From positions 96,001 through 160,000 of IMG/VR virus record IMGVR_UViG_3300034782_000062: a stretch of 64,000 nucleotides of DNA, one strand, 5' to 3'. This stretch comes from a virus. Made by a program: the position numbers and the translations under genes. Below, in pieces: positions 56,042 through 64,000 of this stretch (position 1 is its first letter; the number at the start of each line of letters is the position of its first letter). A model generated the notes under the pieces. That model made no database searches, was not told the DNA's origin, and saw nothing but the letters and a program-made list of their open reading frames with translations.

Positions 56042-56533
56042 TTGAGCTGGATTGAAAACGACGAGCTGTTCAAAAAAGAGCTGCTCGAAGGATACCGCTG
56101 GCAGCAATATGTCGCTGATTATTTTGGAGCGAATGGTTTTGAGGCGGTGCTTCCTGAGTTGGCGTTTCGAAATAATATCAGCGAGATAAAGACCTTTGCC
56201 AATAGACCGGATCTTCTCTTGTCCGGAAGGTATTTCGAGGTAAAAAGCCGCAGACTTCCATTTACATGTCCTCAGGATTTTCCTTATAGAAATATTTTGG
56301 TGGACACTGTGTCGAGCTGGGAAGTTAAAGATCCAAAGCCTCGCGGCTATATCTGCGTGAGTACCATCACCGGTAAAATAATATGCCTGAGCGACAAGAC
56401 TTATTCGAAGTGGACGACGCGAGAGCAGTACGATCGCGTGAGGTGTATCACTGACACATTCTACCTTGCCGACCGGGCGCTGTGGGTGCCCGTCACGAGG
56501 ATGGTGGATTCGATCCGGAAACACGGCATCTGA
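56042..56533 (+). CDS. PD-(D/E)xK nuclease-like protein
   Basis: E..W..RPDLL..FEVKSR; TTG start; visibly AT-richer DNA. Confidence 0.55.
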   Translation: MSWIENDELFKKELLEGYRWQQYVADYFGANGFEAVLPELAFRNNISEIKTFANRPDLLLSGRYFEVKSRRLPFTCPQDFPYRNILVDTVSSWEVKDPKPRGYICVSTITGKIICLSDKTYSKWTTREQYDRVRCITDTFYLADRALWVPVTRMVDSIRKHGI

Positions 56534-56562
56534 CCATCCTTTGGGGCCATCAAACTTTTAAG

Positions 56563-56590
56563 TTGACCAAGGTAGCATATGCTATATTAT
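56563..56590 (+). promoter_or_regulatory. Promoter with palindromic operator
   Basis: TTGACC-16 nt-TATTAT; GGTAGCATATGCTAT at 56571-56585. Confidence 0.55.
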
Positions 56591-56825
56591 GACTACCATG
56601 ACACCTGCACAATTGCGCCTACTATTGGCGGTCGCACAAGGCAAGATCAGTGAGCTTCAGATGGGCATCCAGTCTATCGATCAAGCGCTCGGCACGAATC
56701 TGAGCGAGGAGGAAAAGGCGTTTCTGTCGATGCAACGGGGGCAGCTCGCACACGCTATGAACGATTTGCTTGAGGCCTACAAGGCAGTGGAGGCGGAATC
56801 GCCACAGGTGGTTTCGGGTGGGTAA
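56589..56825 (+). CDS. Small coiled-coil protein
   Basis: 78-aa ORF after a promoter; start could be 56598. Confidence 0.55.
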   Translation: MTTMTPAQLRLLLAVAQGKISELQMGIQSIDQALGTNLSEEEKAFLSMQRGQLAHAMNDLLEAYKAVEAESPQVVSGG

Positions 56826-56956
56826 TGTGGGGCAATGGGTTCGCAAAGCGAGTCGTCTTATACGTCTTTCTCTGGGTGCTCATCGTGTCGCTTGTTACTT
56901 GGGTTCTCTACAGTTGCTTGCCTGAGCCACCGTCTCACGCGTTATGGAGATGAGCG

Positions 56957-57496
56957 ATGGTCACCATTGACGACGGAAGGCACCCTCTGCCTGAGATGAG
57001 GGTCAGTGTTGCTGATATGGTCTCAGTGTTTAGGGCGTTTGATCGCTATCGTTCAGTCGTGTGCTTCGCCGACGACGTCTTTGAGGCTCTCTATCTGGCC
57101 AAACGCATCGACTATAGCGGCGACCACGTGAAGCTGCCCAAGGTACGTCCGGGTCAGTATGAGTTTGTTCTCGAAGATGGATTTGAGGGCACCGCCTACA
57201 TCCGCAAGCCTGGCATCGTCGAGGTATTCCCTGGCGTTGGCCGGGAACGCCTTTTCGACCAGTGCCCCCTTCCAATCCTTTCTGTCCAGAGGGCGGAGGT
57301 AGTGAAGGAGGGACTCGTCCACGAGACATTCCTTCTCCTAAAGGGTAATGCCATCGGAAAAAGCGGGTCGAACTGGTGCTTTCTGATGCATAAGAACCGT
57401 CTTTCTGGGGAAATGGAAGCCTACGCCCCGGAGCATGGCGGTTTGGTGCGGTGGGCAAAGGACAAGCTCTGGCCCAGGAAGAAGAACGCAGCCTGA
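56957..57496 (+). CDS. Hypothetical protein
   Basis: GGAG RBS; TGATG coupling to the next gene. Confidence 0.55.
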   Translation: MVTIDDGRHPLPEMRVSVADMVSVFRAFDRYRSVVCFADDVFEALYLAKRIDYSGDHVKLPKVRPGQYEFVLEDGFEGTAYIRKPGIVEVFPGVGRERLFDQCPLPILSVQRAEVVKEGLVHETFLLLKGNAIGKSGSNWCFLMHKNRLSGEMEAYAPEHGGLVRWAKDKLWPRKKNAA

Positions 57497-58599
57497 TGGG
57501 CGATCGGACAAAAATAGAATACGTCGACGCGACGCTCAACCCTGTGAAGGGCTGTTCACACGAAGACGAGGAGGAATTCTACAACAACCTCGGCGGTTGT
57601 GATAACTGCTGGGCCGAACGTCAGGCAGCGCGTTTTTCGAAGCCTGGAGAGCACTTTCACGGGCTGACTAAAGACGGCAATTGGACCGGTCAGGCCAAGC
57701 TCTTCGAGAAGGAGCTGGAGAAGCCGAATCGGTGGACCCGCTCTCGCCGCATCGCTATCTGCCTGATGGGCGACCTGTTCCATCAATCGGTGCCAGACGA
57801 GTGGATCGACAAGGTCTTCGAAATGATGTTCGAGGCCGACCATCACGTCTATCTCATCCTGACCAAGCGCCCCGAGCGCATGGCGAAGTACGTTCAGAAA
57901 TGGGTCACGCCCTACGAGCCCAAGGGTCCTGTCGAGATCTGTGTTGGGCTCGACGAGATCGAAGAGCGCGATGCTCGTGTCAGAAAGGCGTGGCTCCCTC
58001 CTCACATCTGGTGCGGCGTCTCCGTCGAAAATCAGGAAGCAGCCGACCTGCGCATCCCCCACCTGCTCAGGGTGCCGGCTCGAATTCGATTCCTCTCCCT
58101 CGAACCGCTGCTCGGGCCGGTCAAGCTACGGATGCCAGGGATCGGCGAGGTAGAAGAGGACGCTACATACCCAATCGCCAATCCGGGAGAGTGGGACGAC
58201 TTCAAGTATTGGGCAGCTCGTGACCGCGGCATCCAGTGGGTGATCGTGGGCGGAGAGAGTGGCCCTGGTGCTCGTCCCATGCACCCCCGGTGGGTCCACG
58301 ACATCAAAGAGCAGTGCGAGAAGTCGCACGTCAGTTTTTTCTTCAAACAGTGGGGTGCCTGGATCGCCGGCTCCGAGTACGGCCACATTGTCAAGTCTCG
58401 TGGTTTTTATGGGCCGGACATCGTCACGTCTCGGTTCGGTTCATTGACATCAGATGGCCAGTGGGAACCTGATGTTTATCCTGGGCGCAAGAACGGAAAG
58501 GGTCCCCATCTCGAAGAGATGTATCTTCTTGGTAAGAAAAAAACCGGGAAGATGCTGGGAGGGGAGTTTTATAATGCCATCCCAGAAGTCCCTAGCTAG
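57496..58599 (+). CDS. Phage Gp37/Gp68 (DUF5131) family protein
   Basis: MGDRTKIEY..NPVKGC..GCDNCWAE, MGDLFH, LTKRPER, RFLSLEPLLG, WVIVGGESG, FFKQWG. Confidence 0.9.
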   Translation: MGDRTKIEYVDATLNPVKGCSHEDEEEFYNNLGGCDNCWAERQAARFSKPGEHFHGLTKDGNWTGQAKLFEKELEKPNRWTRSRRIAICLMGDLFHQSVPDEWIDKVFEMMFEADHHVYLILTKRPERMAKYVQKWVTPYEPKGPVEICVGLDEIEERDARVRKAWLPPHIWCGVSVENQEAADLRIPHLLRVPARIRFLSLEPLLGPVKLRMPGIGEVEEDATYPIANPGEWDDFKYWAARDRGIQWVIVGGESGPGARPMHPRWVHDIKEQCEKSHVSFFFKQWGAWIAGSEYGHIVKSRGFYGPDIVTSRFGSLTSDGQWEPDVYPGRKNGKGPHLEEMYLLGKKKTGKMLGGEFYNAIPEVPS

Positions 58600-59002
58600 T
58601 AAGCCACTCAATAAAAAAATTGTCTCCAAGACGACCAAGGCGGCAGCAAGAATGCTGAACCCACGGATCGGGACCTCGATCCGTCTCATCCCCGGCCTGC
58701 GCCTTTACGTCTCATGGGGTGCGAGTGGGTTTCATTTCAACATGGGCGGCAACCCGGCGACGATTGCCAGGGGGATCAGGAAGAAGCTCGCGGACAGCAG
58801 CTCTCGCAAGGCGGTGGACGCCGAGGCCGAGATGCTCGACGCGATGCTAGACGAGGAGAGATATGAGCACGATGGAGACCCCGGAGTCGATGCGCGAAGA
58901 GATCATGAAGATCCGTGTTTGGAGGCGTCTGAAGGACGCGATGCTGAACAACGCGGTCTCGACGGAGAGGGAGCTGACGCTCGCCTCGGGGCGAAAAAGT
59001 AA
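58574..59002 (+). CDS. Possible small basic protein (DUF4236-like)
   Basis: IRLIPGLRLYVS..GFHFNMG; overlaps both neighbours, so uncertain. Confidence 0.35.
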   Translation: MPSQKSLASKPLNKKIVSKTTKAAARMLNPRIGTSIRLIPGLRLYVSWGASGFHFNMGGNPATIARGIRKKLADSSSRKAVDAEAEMLDAMLDEERYEHDGDPGVDARRDHEDPCLEASEGRDAEQRGLDGEGADARLGAKK

Positions 59003-59498
59003 GTTCTACGTCGACTGCCGTCTGGCTGCCTGCCACCCCTCGGTGGGTGAGCACCTCGGGGGCGCTCTCCACTTCGGCCTGGACTGCGTCACACCGTCGG
59101 GGGTGAACTGGGCGCTCGCTCCTGTGCCGCTGGGAGGTCTCCTGCTCGTTGCGCGACTGATGGGCGTCGGCGGACCCTTCGCGAAGAAGATCCCATGGCT
59201 CATACCTCGTCTGGACAAGAAGGGCCACGGGCGCAAGCAGTCTGTCGAGGGTCTCTACGATCTCGACGGAGAGCGGATGGTCTCGAACGATTGCCGCGTC
59301 CTTGCCATCGAGGACGTCGTCACGTCCGGTGGCTCGTCGCTCAAGGCGGTCGAGACGCTTCGCGAGGAGAATCTCAACGTCGTGGGCGTCCTCGCCGTCG
59401 TCGACCGTCAGGAAGGCGGAGAGGAGCTGCTCCGTGAGAACGGGCTGCAGCTCTGGTCCATCTTCAGAAAAGAGGATTTTTTACCCGGAGAAGAATGA
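58863..59498 (+). CDS. pyrE: Orotate phosphoribosyltransferase
   Basis: LTLASGRKSKFYVDCR; PRPP loop IEDVVTSGGS; VVDRQEGG. Confidence 0.85.
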   Translation: MSTMETPESMREEIMKIRVWRRLKDAMLNNAVSTERELTLASGRKSKFYVDCRLAACHPSVGEHLGGALHFGLDCVTPSGVNWALAPVPLGGLLLVARLMGVGGPFAKKIPWLIPRLDKKGHGRKQSVEGLYDLDGERMVSNDCRVLAIEDVVTSGGSSLKAVETLREENLNVVGVLAVVDRQEGGEELLRENGLQLWSIFRKEDFLPGEE

Positions 59499-60538
59499 TG
59501 TCCGAAGAAGAACTACCGGAGGGCTGGGGGGTCCACATTACACACTGCTGCCCCGTCCACGGCTGCAAATATGAATCGATAGAAGTGACCAAGGAAACGT
59601 CTGAATGCCCTGTTTTTAAGGGGCTAGTCGAGCGAGAAAAGAATTCCGGTTGGTGTCAAGAGCCGCATCTTGTCGATGACCCAGAGGCTTGTCGAAAGCC
59701 TGGCGAGCACATGCCTGCCACGAAAGAGCAACTGGCCCAGTGGGACCGCGACTACGAGGCCGAGAAGCAGCGACAGAAGGAAGAGATCGACGCTCTCTTG
59801 AAGCATGAAGAAGAAGGTGATGACGCCCCGCTGGATGTAGGCTTCATGGAGCGGCTCGGCGGTGACTATCCTGCGTCGCCTCCGTTTAGCGATCCAGTGC
59901 CCGACTCAATCTCCGTCGAGGAGACGGTGGAGCTGATGGGCGCGGATCCAGAACGTGTCTATCCAGTGGGCGATCGAAATGTTTTAGTAGGTGCTCCTGA
60001 CAAGACGCTGGAGATGTTCAGGCGCCGACATGAAAAGCGTGAGCCCGTCGAGCACGAGTTGAAGACGTGGCCAGCCGAATTCCGCGCAATGAAGTCGGGT
60101 GAGAAGACCTTCGACGTTCGCAAGAACGATCGTGACTTCGAGAAGGGCGACATTCTCGTTCTGAAGGAGTGGAACCCAGGGACGACAGGTGCCGGTGTAA
60201 CGGCTGACGAGACCTACTTTGGTCCTCCTGACCAGGGATACACTGGGAACGTCCTGAGGATGAAGGTTGCCTACATCCTTCGTGGCCCGATCTACAGCAT
60301 TCCCAAAGATGTGGTCGTCATGTCCGTCGTGCCCGAGAAGAAAAAAATGTTCGATGTGTTTGATGCCGTCCAAGCCGTTGACGAGCTGGAATTTGAGGCC
60401 AATAAAGTGCTCGGCAGTATCGATGACAAGGACAACTGGCCAAAGACGACAAGGGATCGCGTTAGGAAAATATTCCAGGGCGTTGATGGGCTGCTCCAAA
60501 AGATCCGTTCGCTCCAGTTCGAGATGAGGCGTCTATAG
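59495..60538 (+). CDS. ASCH/DUF3850-domain protein
   Basis: HELKTWP..GEKTFDVRKNDRDFEKGDILVLKEW. Confidence 0.75.
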   Translation: MMSEEELPEGWGVHITHCCPVHGCKYESIEVTKETSECPVFKGLVEREKNSGWCQEPHLVDDPEACRKPGEHMPATKEQLAQWDRDYEAEKQRQKEEIDALLKHEEEGDDAPLDVGFMERLGGDYPASPPFSDPVPDSISVEETVELMGADPERVYPVGDRNVLVGAPDKTLEMFRRRHEKREPVEHELKTWPAEFRAMKSGEKTFDVRKNDRDFEKGDILVLKEWNPGTTGAGVTADETYFGPPDQGYTGNVLRMKVAYILRGPIYSIPKDVVVMSVVPEKKKMFDVFDAVQAVDELEFEANKVLGSIDDKDNWPKTTRDRVRKIFQGVDGLLQKIRSLQFEMRRL

Positions 60539-60937
60539 ATGCCGAAGTGTAGAGCATGTGGCGCTGAGAACGTCGAGGTCGGGGGTTGCTTCGAGTGCAT
60601 GGTCGAGGGCTGCGAGAAGTGCATTCACGAGAAGAAGTGGGTCAACCCCAGACTCATGACCTGTAGGGGCTGTGGCGACGTCAGAAAGCTACATGGCCTG
60701 AAGGGTATGGTCGGTATGCAGTGCGCCCTCTGTCGCGCGACGGCCGCAGAGCGCTCGTGGGTGCTGTGGCATGGTTACATCGACTGGGCTGACGACGGGG
60801 ACATGCTCTACAAGTACGAGCCCATCTGCGACGAGTGCCTCATGCGGCGTCACGAAATCTCGAAAGAGCGTTTTAAGGAGGTTCATGGTCACCCCATGGG
60901 TTACTACCTGGACCGGGAGAAGAGAAATGGGTGTTGA
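60539..60937 (+). CDS. Cys-rich zinc-binding protein
   Basis: Multiple CxxC motifs. Confidence 0.55.
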   Translation: MPKCRACGAENVEVGGCFECMVEGCEKCIHEKKWVNPRLMTCRGCGDVRKLHGLKGMVGMQCALCRATAAERSWVLWHGYIDWADDGDMLYKYEPICDECLMRRHEISKERFKEVHGHPMGYYLDREKRNGC

Positions 60938-61346
60938 TAAAAACGGACAGCCGCACATCTACTGGCGAGTGTGGAAGAAGGGGATGTCCAATCTATTTTT
61001 CCCAGCCGGACGTTACGAGAAAGCTGAGGCGCGCAAGCAGTATCGCGATCGTCACAAGCTCAAGAACATGCGCGGCGTAGAGGCAATCCCGTGTACCTGC
61101 GATGTCGACGGCTGCTGGAACTTCGCGACGTCTGTGTTCAATCAGGAAGTCGAGGGGGTGCAGCCAGGATTCGTCGATGAGAACAGCATAATCGTTGACG
61201 GCGGGAAGTTTACCGCTCTCTGCGTGAAGCACACCGAGCGCTTCGCCAAAAGCTTGGCGGCGAGGGTGACGGAGCTGGAGGATCGCGTCGATGACATGCA
61301 GAAGCAGCTCGACGAGCTGTCGTGTCAGGTGGCAGGGTTGGATTGA
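60927..61346 (+). CDS. Hypothetical protein
   Basis: GGGAG RBS; coiled-coil C-terminus. Confidence 0.5.
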   Translation: MGVDKNGQPHIYWRVWKKGMSNLFFPAGRYEKAEARKQYRDRHKLKNMRGVEAIPCTCDVDGCWNFATSVFNQEVEGVQPGFVDENSIIVDGGKFTALCVKHTERFAKSLAARVTELEDRVDDMQKQLDELSCQVAGLD

Positions 61347-61759
61347 TGAAACAGGAAGACGTCGATTTCTGGGCAGAGCTGGAGAAGGTGAAGGCGTCGC
61401 TACGACAGGGGGCTGTCGGGCGCGCTTTGGAAATAATCGAGCAGATGGAAGAGATCCAGAAGCACATGCCGCAAGCGATTGACCCCTTGGTGGTCAACGC
61501 AAACGGGACCGGTCCCGACAGCGGCCTTGAACTTCAATTTGACCACACTGCCGATGACATCCCGGAGTTCTACTTCGAGGGGGACGAGCTGTGCGTCAAC
61601 GATGAGGGCTGGGACATCGACCCTGAATTCATCGATGAGATAACCACCGCGGCCATGACAAACACTGTGCTGGGGGTGAGCCAGATCGATCTGGGAAAGC
61701 ATGTAGAAGGGCTTTTTCGGTCAGCGATCAAGCAAGGAAGGGTTCGGAGGGAAAAGTAA
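61346..61759 (+). CDS. Hypothetical acidic protein
   Basis: TGATG coupling. Confidence 0.5.
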   Translation: MKQEDVDFWAELEKVKASLRQGAVGRALEIIEQMEEIQKHMPQAIDPLVVNANGTGPDSGLELQFDHTADDIPEFYFEGDELCVNDEGWDIDPEFIDEITTAAMTNTVLGVSQIDLGKHVEGLFRSAIKQGRVRREK

Positions 61760-62091
61760 TGCCGAAGAGGTTCAGTGGGGAGGTTCGTCTGACGGTGACG
61801 GGGGGGCACGCGGGATTGGTCGACGAGTACGATGTCCGGATTAAAGCACCGGGGTGCTCGCCGCATGAAGGGGTGGCCGCATTACAGAATGGCTACACGG
61901 GATTGAATGGCGCTGACGCGGCTATTGATGAAGCGGCGCGTCAGTACATGAGGTTACTCGAAAAAGACCCAGAACTCGCTCAGTTTGTGAAGCACGCCGC
62001 GAAGGATGGCGAGAGCTTTCACGTCGGACGAGGGAAGGCCGACCGATGGCCTGGTGGCAAGTCGAATACAAAGACTAAGAAGGGTCGTTGA
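61759..62091 (+). CDS. Hypothetical protein
   Basis: GGAGG RBS; TAATG coupling. Confidence 0.5.
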   Translation: MPKRFSGEVRLTVTGGHAGLVDEYDVRIKAPGCSPHEGVAALQNGYTGLNGADAAIDEAARQYMRLLEKDPELAQFVKHAAKDGESFHVGRGKADRWPGGKSNTKTKKGR

Positions 62092-62097
62092 TGGCTT

Positions 62098-62916
62098 ATG
62101 GTCATCATGCTCACATATCGGTGCTCCCTCGATTGTGATCACTGCCTGGTGTCGAAGACCGGTCCCGGTGCCGAGCACATGAGCAAGGAGACGCTCGAAG
62201 AAACGCTTCGCGTCTTCAAAAAGATCGGCTCGAACGACCTGGGCATAGCTGGTGGCGAGCCGCTCGAACATCCGCTTTTTTGGGAAGTCGTGAAGACCCT
62301 TCGTGACGCTGCGCTGGAGCATGGTTTTATCGTGAGGGTCGGGACGAGTGGCGCCCTGCTCAGAGGGCGCCTCGCAGAGATCAAGTCCTTGGCGCCTGTC
62401 GCATTCCAGGTGACCGCTGACTTTCGGTTCTATCCGCAGCTCGACTTCGTTGATGAGCTGCGAGCGTTGAAGAACGTGAAGGTTATCAGCTATCTAAGTT
62501 CAATATACGTCGGAGAGAAGGCGAAAAGGCGCGGCTGGAAACCTCCTCCTGGAACGAAAATCAGAGAAAAGAATCGCTACTGCGTGCACGCGAACAGACT
62601 ATTGAAGCGCGGAGCAGGCGATGCAAACTTCCGGTCGTTCGTTCGCATGTGGGAAGCGTTGGACGGAACGTGCAGCATTCACGTGCATCCCGGGGGAGAG
62701 GTCCGAATGGGGCCGCTTGATTGCTGCATGAAGGTGACGACGATCGATGAGCTGCGCGCCGACTGGAAATCGGCGTCAAGGGCGGCGATGGAGAGAATAC
62801 GAACAATACTCCCCTGCGGAAAGTGCGGGTTGAAGGATGTTGAAAAAAGTCATATCAGGCGGTCAGACAGGGGTCGATCGAGGTGGTCTCGATGCGGCGC
62901 TGAAGCTGGGCATTGA
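62098..62916 (+). CDS. Radical SAM protein
   Basis: TYRCSLDCDHC (CxxxCxxC), GGEPL, TSG. Confidence 0.8.
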   Translation: MVIMLTYRCSLDCDHCLVSKTGPGAEHMSKETLEETLRVFKKIGSNDLGIAGGEPLEHPLFWEVVKTLRDAALEHGFIVRVGTSGALLRGRLAEIKSLAPVAFQVTADFRFYPQLDFVDELRALKNVKVISYLSSIYVGEKAKRRGWKPPPGTKIREKNRYCVHANRLLKRGAGDANFRSFVRMWEALDGTCSIHVHPGGEVRMGPLDCCMKVTTIDELRADWKSASRAAMERIRTILPCGKCGLKDVEKSHIRRSDRGRSRWSRCGAEAGH

Positions 62917-63313
62917 GATAGGGGGCTGGTGTCCCCTGGGACGTCGAGCTGAGGACGGCAAGATCCCCCAGAAATACCGCAGGCTCCAGGAGGCGCCGAC
63001 GTCGAACTATCCTCAGCGCACGGAGTGGAACGTCCGGGACTCGGACGCGACTCTCATCCTCTGTCCCAGCATCCCTGATTCGACGGGAACAGCTCTCACG
63101 GTGCGCTTGTGCCGCAAACTGGAAAAGCCCTGGTTCGACATCATCAACGAGCTGCACATGTTTCCCAACGAGAGCGATGGCTACGACCACCTTGCCTCGC
63201 TGCTAACCAACTTTGAGGTCATCAACGTCGCCGGCCCCCGTGAGAGTGGATTTCCAGGTGCTCAGGAGACAGCAAAGTTCCGGTGCATGGAAATCTTCAA
63301 GAGGCTGAGATGA
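62837..63313 (+). CDS. SLOG-superfamily protein (putative molybdenum-carrier/YpsA-like)
   Basis: KVISGGQTGVDRGGLDAA..RTEWNVRDSDATL..INVAGPRES. Confidence 0.85.
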   Translation: MLKKVISGGQTGVDRGGLDAALKLGIEIGGWCPLGRRAEDGKIPQKYRRLQEAPTSNYPQRTEWNVRDSDATLILCPSIPDSTGTALTVRLCRKLEKPWFDIINELHMFPNESDGYDHLASLLTNFEVINVAGPRESGFPGAQETAKFRCMEIFKRLR

Positions 63314-63855
63314 TTGTCGTTGGATTCAGCAGGTCGAACAACTTTCTCGGTTGGCTCATTCGCAAGGCGACGGGAGGTAACTGGAACCACGCCTGGGTGG
63401 GTTACACGGATCCGGTGTGGGGAGGCCAGTGGGTCACCCATGCTATTTCCGACGGCGTCATTCCCCAGCGAGTCGAGCTTCTCAAAAAAAACTACGACGA
63501 CTGGATGTGCTTCGAGGTCGTCGGACTGGATATCGAGGAGGGGATGCGAAAGGCGCGTAACTACGTTAACAAGAAATACGATTTCAAGGCCGTCATCCTG
63601 AACGGCATCCTCCTTGCGCTCTACAAGGTGACGGGAGTCGAGTGGTTCAACCCCATCATCAATCACAACAAGGTCTCCTGTTCTGAGTTTGTGGCCCTGA
63701 TCCTTCAGGGCTGCAACTTCGAGCCCGTCATGGGCAAGGACGCCGAGATGTTTCCGCCCGATGGACCCATGGGTCTTTTTCCCATCTTTAAGAAGAGCGG
63801 TCACATGCGAGAGGTCGACTTCGAACGGTGGGCACAGGGAGGCGCAAGTGGGTGA
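63310..63855 (+). CDS. Permuted papain-like amidase (YaeF/YiiX, NlpC/P60-related)
   Basis: WNHAWV (His), KYDF and SCSEFV (Cys) in permuted order. Confidence 0.75.
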   Translation: MIVVGFSRSNNFLGWLIRKATGGNWNHAWVGYTDPVWGGQWVTHAISDGVIPQRVELLKKNYDDWMCFEVVGLDIEEGMRKARNYVNKKYDFKAVILNGILLALYKVTGVEWFNPIINHNKVSCSEFVALILQGCNFEPVMGKDAEMFPPDGPMGLFPIFKKSGHMREVDFERWAQGGASG

Positions 63856-64000
63856 CGCTCTCGTCGTTGCTGTGATTCCCGAGGAATACATGATGCCAGG
63901 CTTTTTGCGTATTCGGCGAGGCGGAAAGATTCGTCCTCTTCTTGAGGTCTACAAAGAAGAACATCCTGAGGACGACAAAGAGTGGGGACCTCCAACGCAC

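Larger units (their letters stand above)
7..63973. repeat. Dispersed 11-bp interrupted palindrome RTCCTNAGGAY
   Basis: 17 exact copies found by eye (core TCCTNAGGA at 5887, 6683, 6766, 9982, 11438, 13299, 18087, 26659, 27971, 36273, 36521, 46961, 49600, 55299, 56269, 60252, 63964) plus one-mismatch variants. Confidence 0.8.

Noticed and set aside
37440-56586. Naming GTARCATATGYWA as a LexA/SOS box
   Set aside because: It does not match the LexA consensus sequences I can recall with confidence; left as an unassigned operator
1-64000. tRNA, rRNA, IS/transposase, capsid, terminase or portal genes
   Set aside because: No cloverleaf, rRNA signature, DDE/HUH transposase or recognisable head-packaging motif was found by eye; the viral assignment rests on gene content and organisation

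Overview
This 64-kb window looks like part of a large, high-GC bacteriophage or phage-plasmid genome, not a host chromosome. Genes are short and tightly packed, often with ATGA overlaps, and I found no rRNA, tRNA or CRISPR repeats. Capsid, terminase and portal genes are not recognisable in the window. Layout: (1) replication block at 0.3-6.4 kb (RHH regulator, helicase-like ATPase, AEP primase, ParB-methyltransferase fusion) behind a structured leader; (2) M23 peptidase and small membrane proteins at 6.8-14.3 kb; (3) structural/fibre block at 14.5-36 kb, where seven proteins share one N-terminal module and two giant fibre genes share a 441-bp duplicated segment; (4) tyrosine recombinase, AT-hook, J-domain and SSB genes at 36-42 kb; (5) the standout locus at 42.4-48.4 kb, two Cas7/RAMP-like genes plus one accessory gene followed by a ~4-kb non-coding array of ~60 GGCAG-delimited units built from 5-nt G-N-N-N-N steps; (6) accessory genes at 48.4-64 kb (RNA repair pair, MTase, Tmk, Gp37/68, PyrE, radical SAM, SLOG, amidase). 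The array locus looks like a Cas1-less, nuclease-less RNA-guided system resembling my unverified recollection of phage VIPR systems, but with a degenerate pentamer grammar. Two palindromic DNA motifs recur across the window, RTCCTNAGGAY and GTARCATATGYWA. All product calls come from reading motifs by eye; no database search was run, and all counts are manual.
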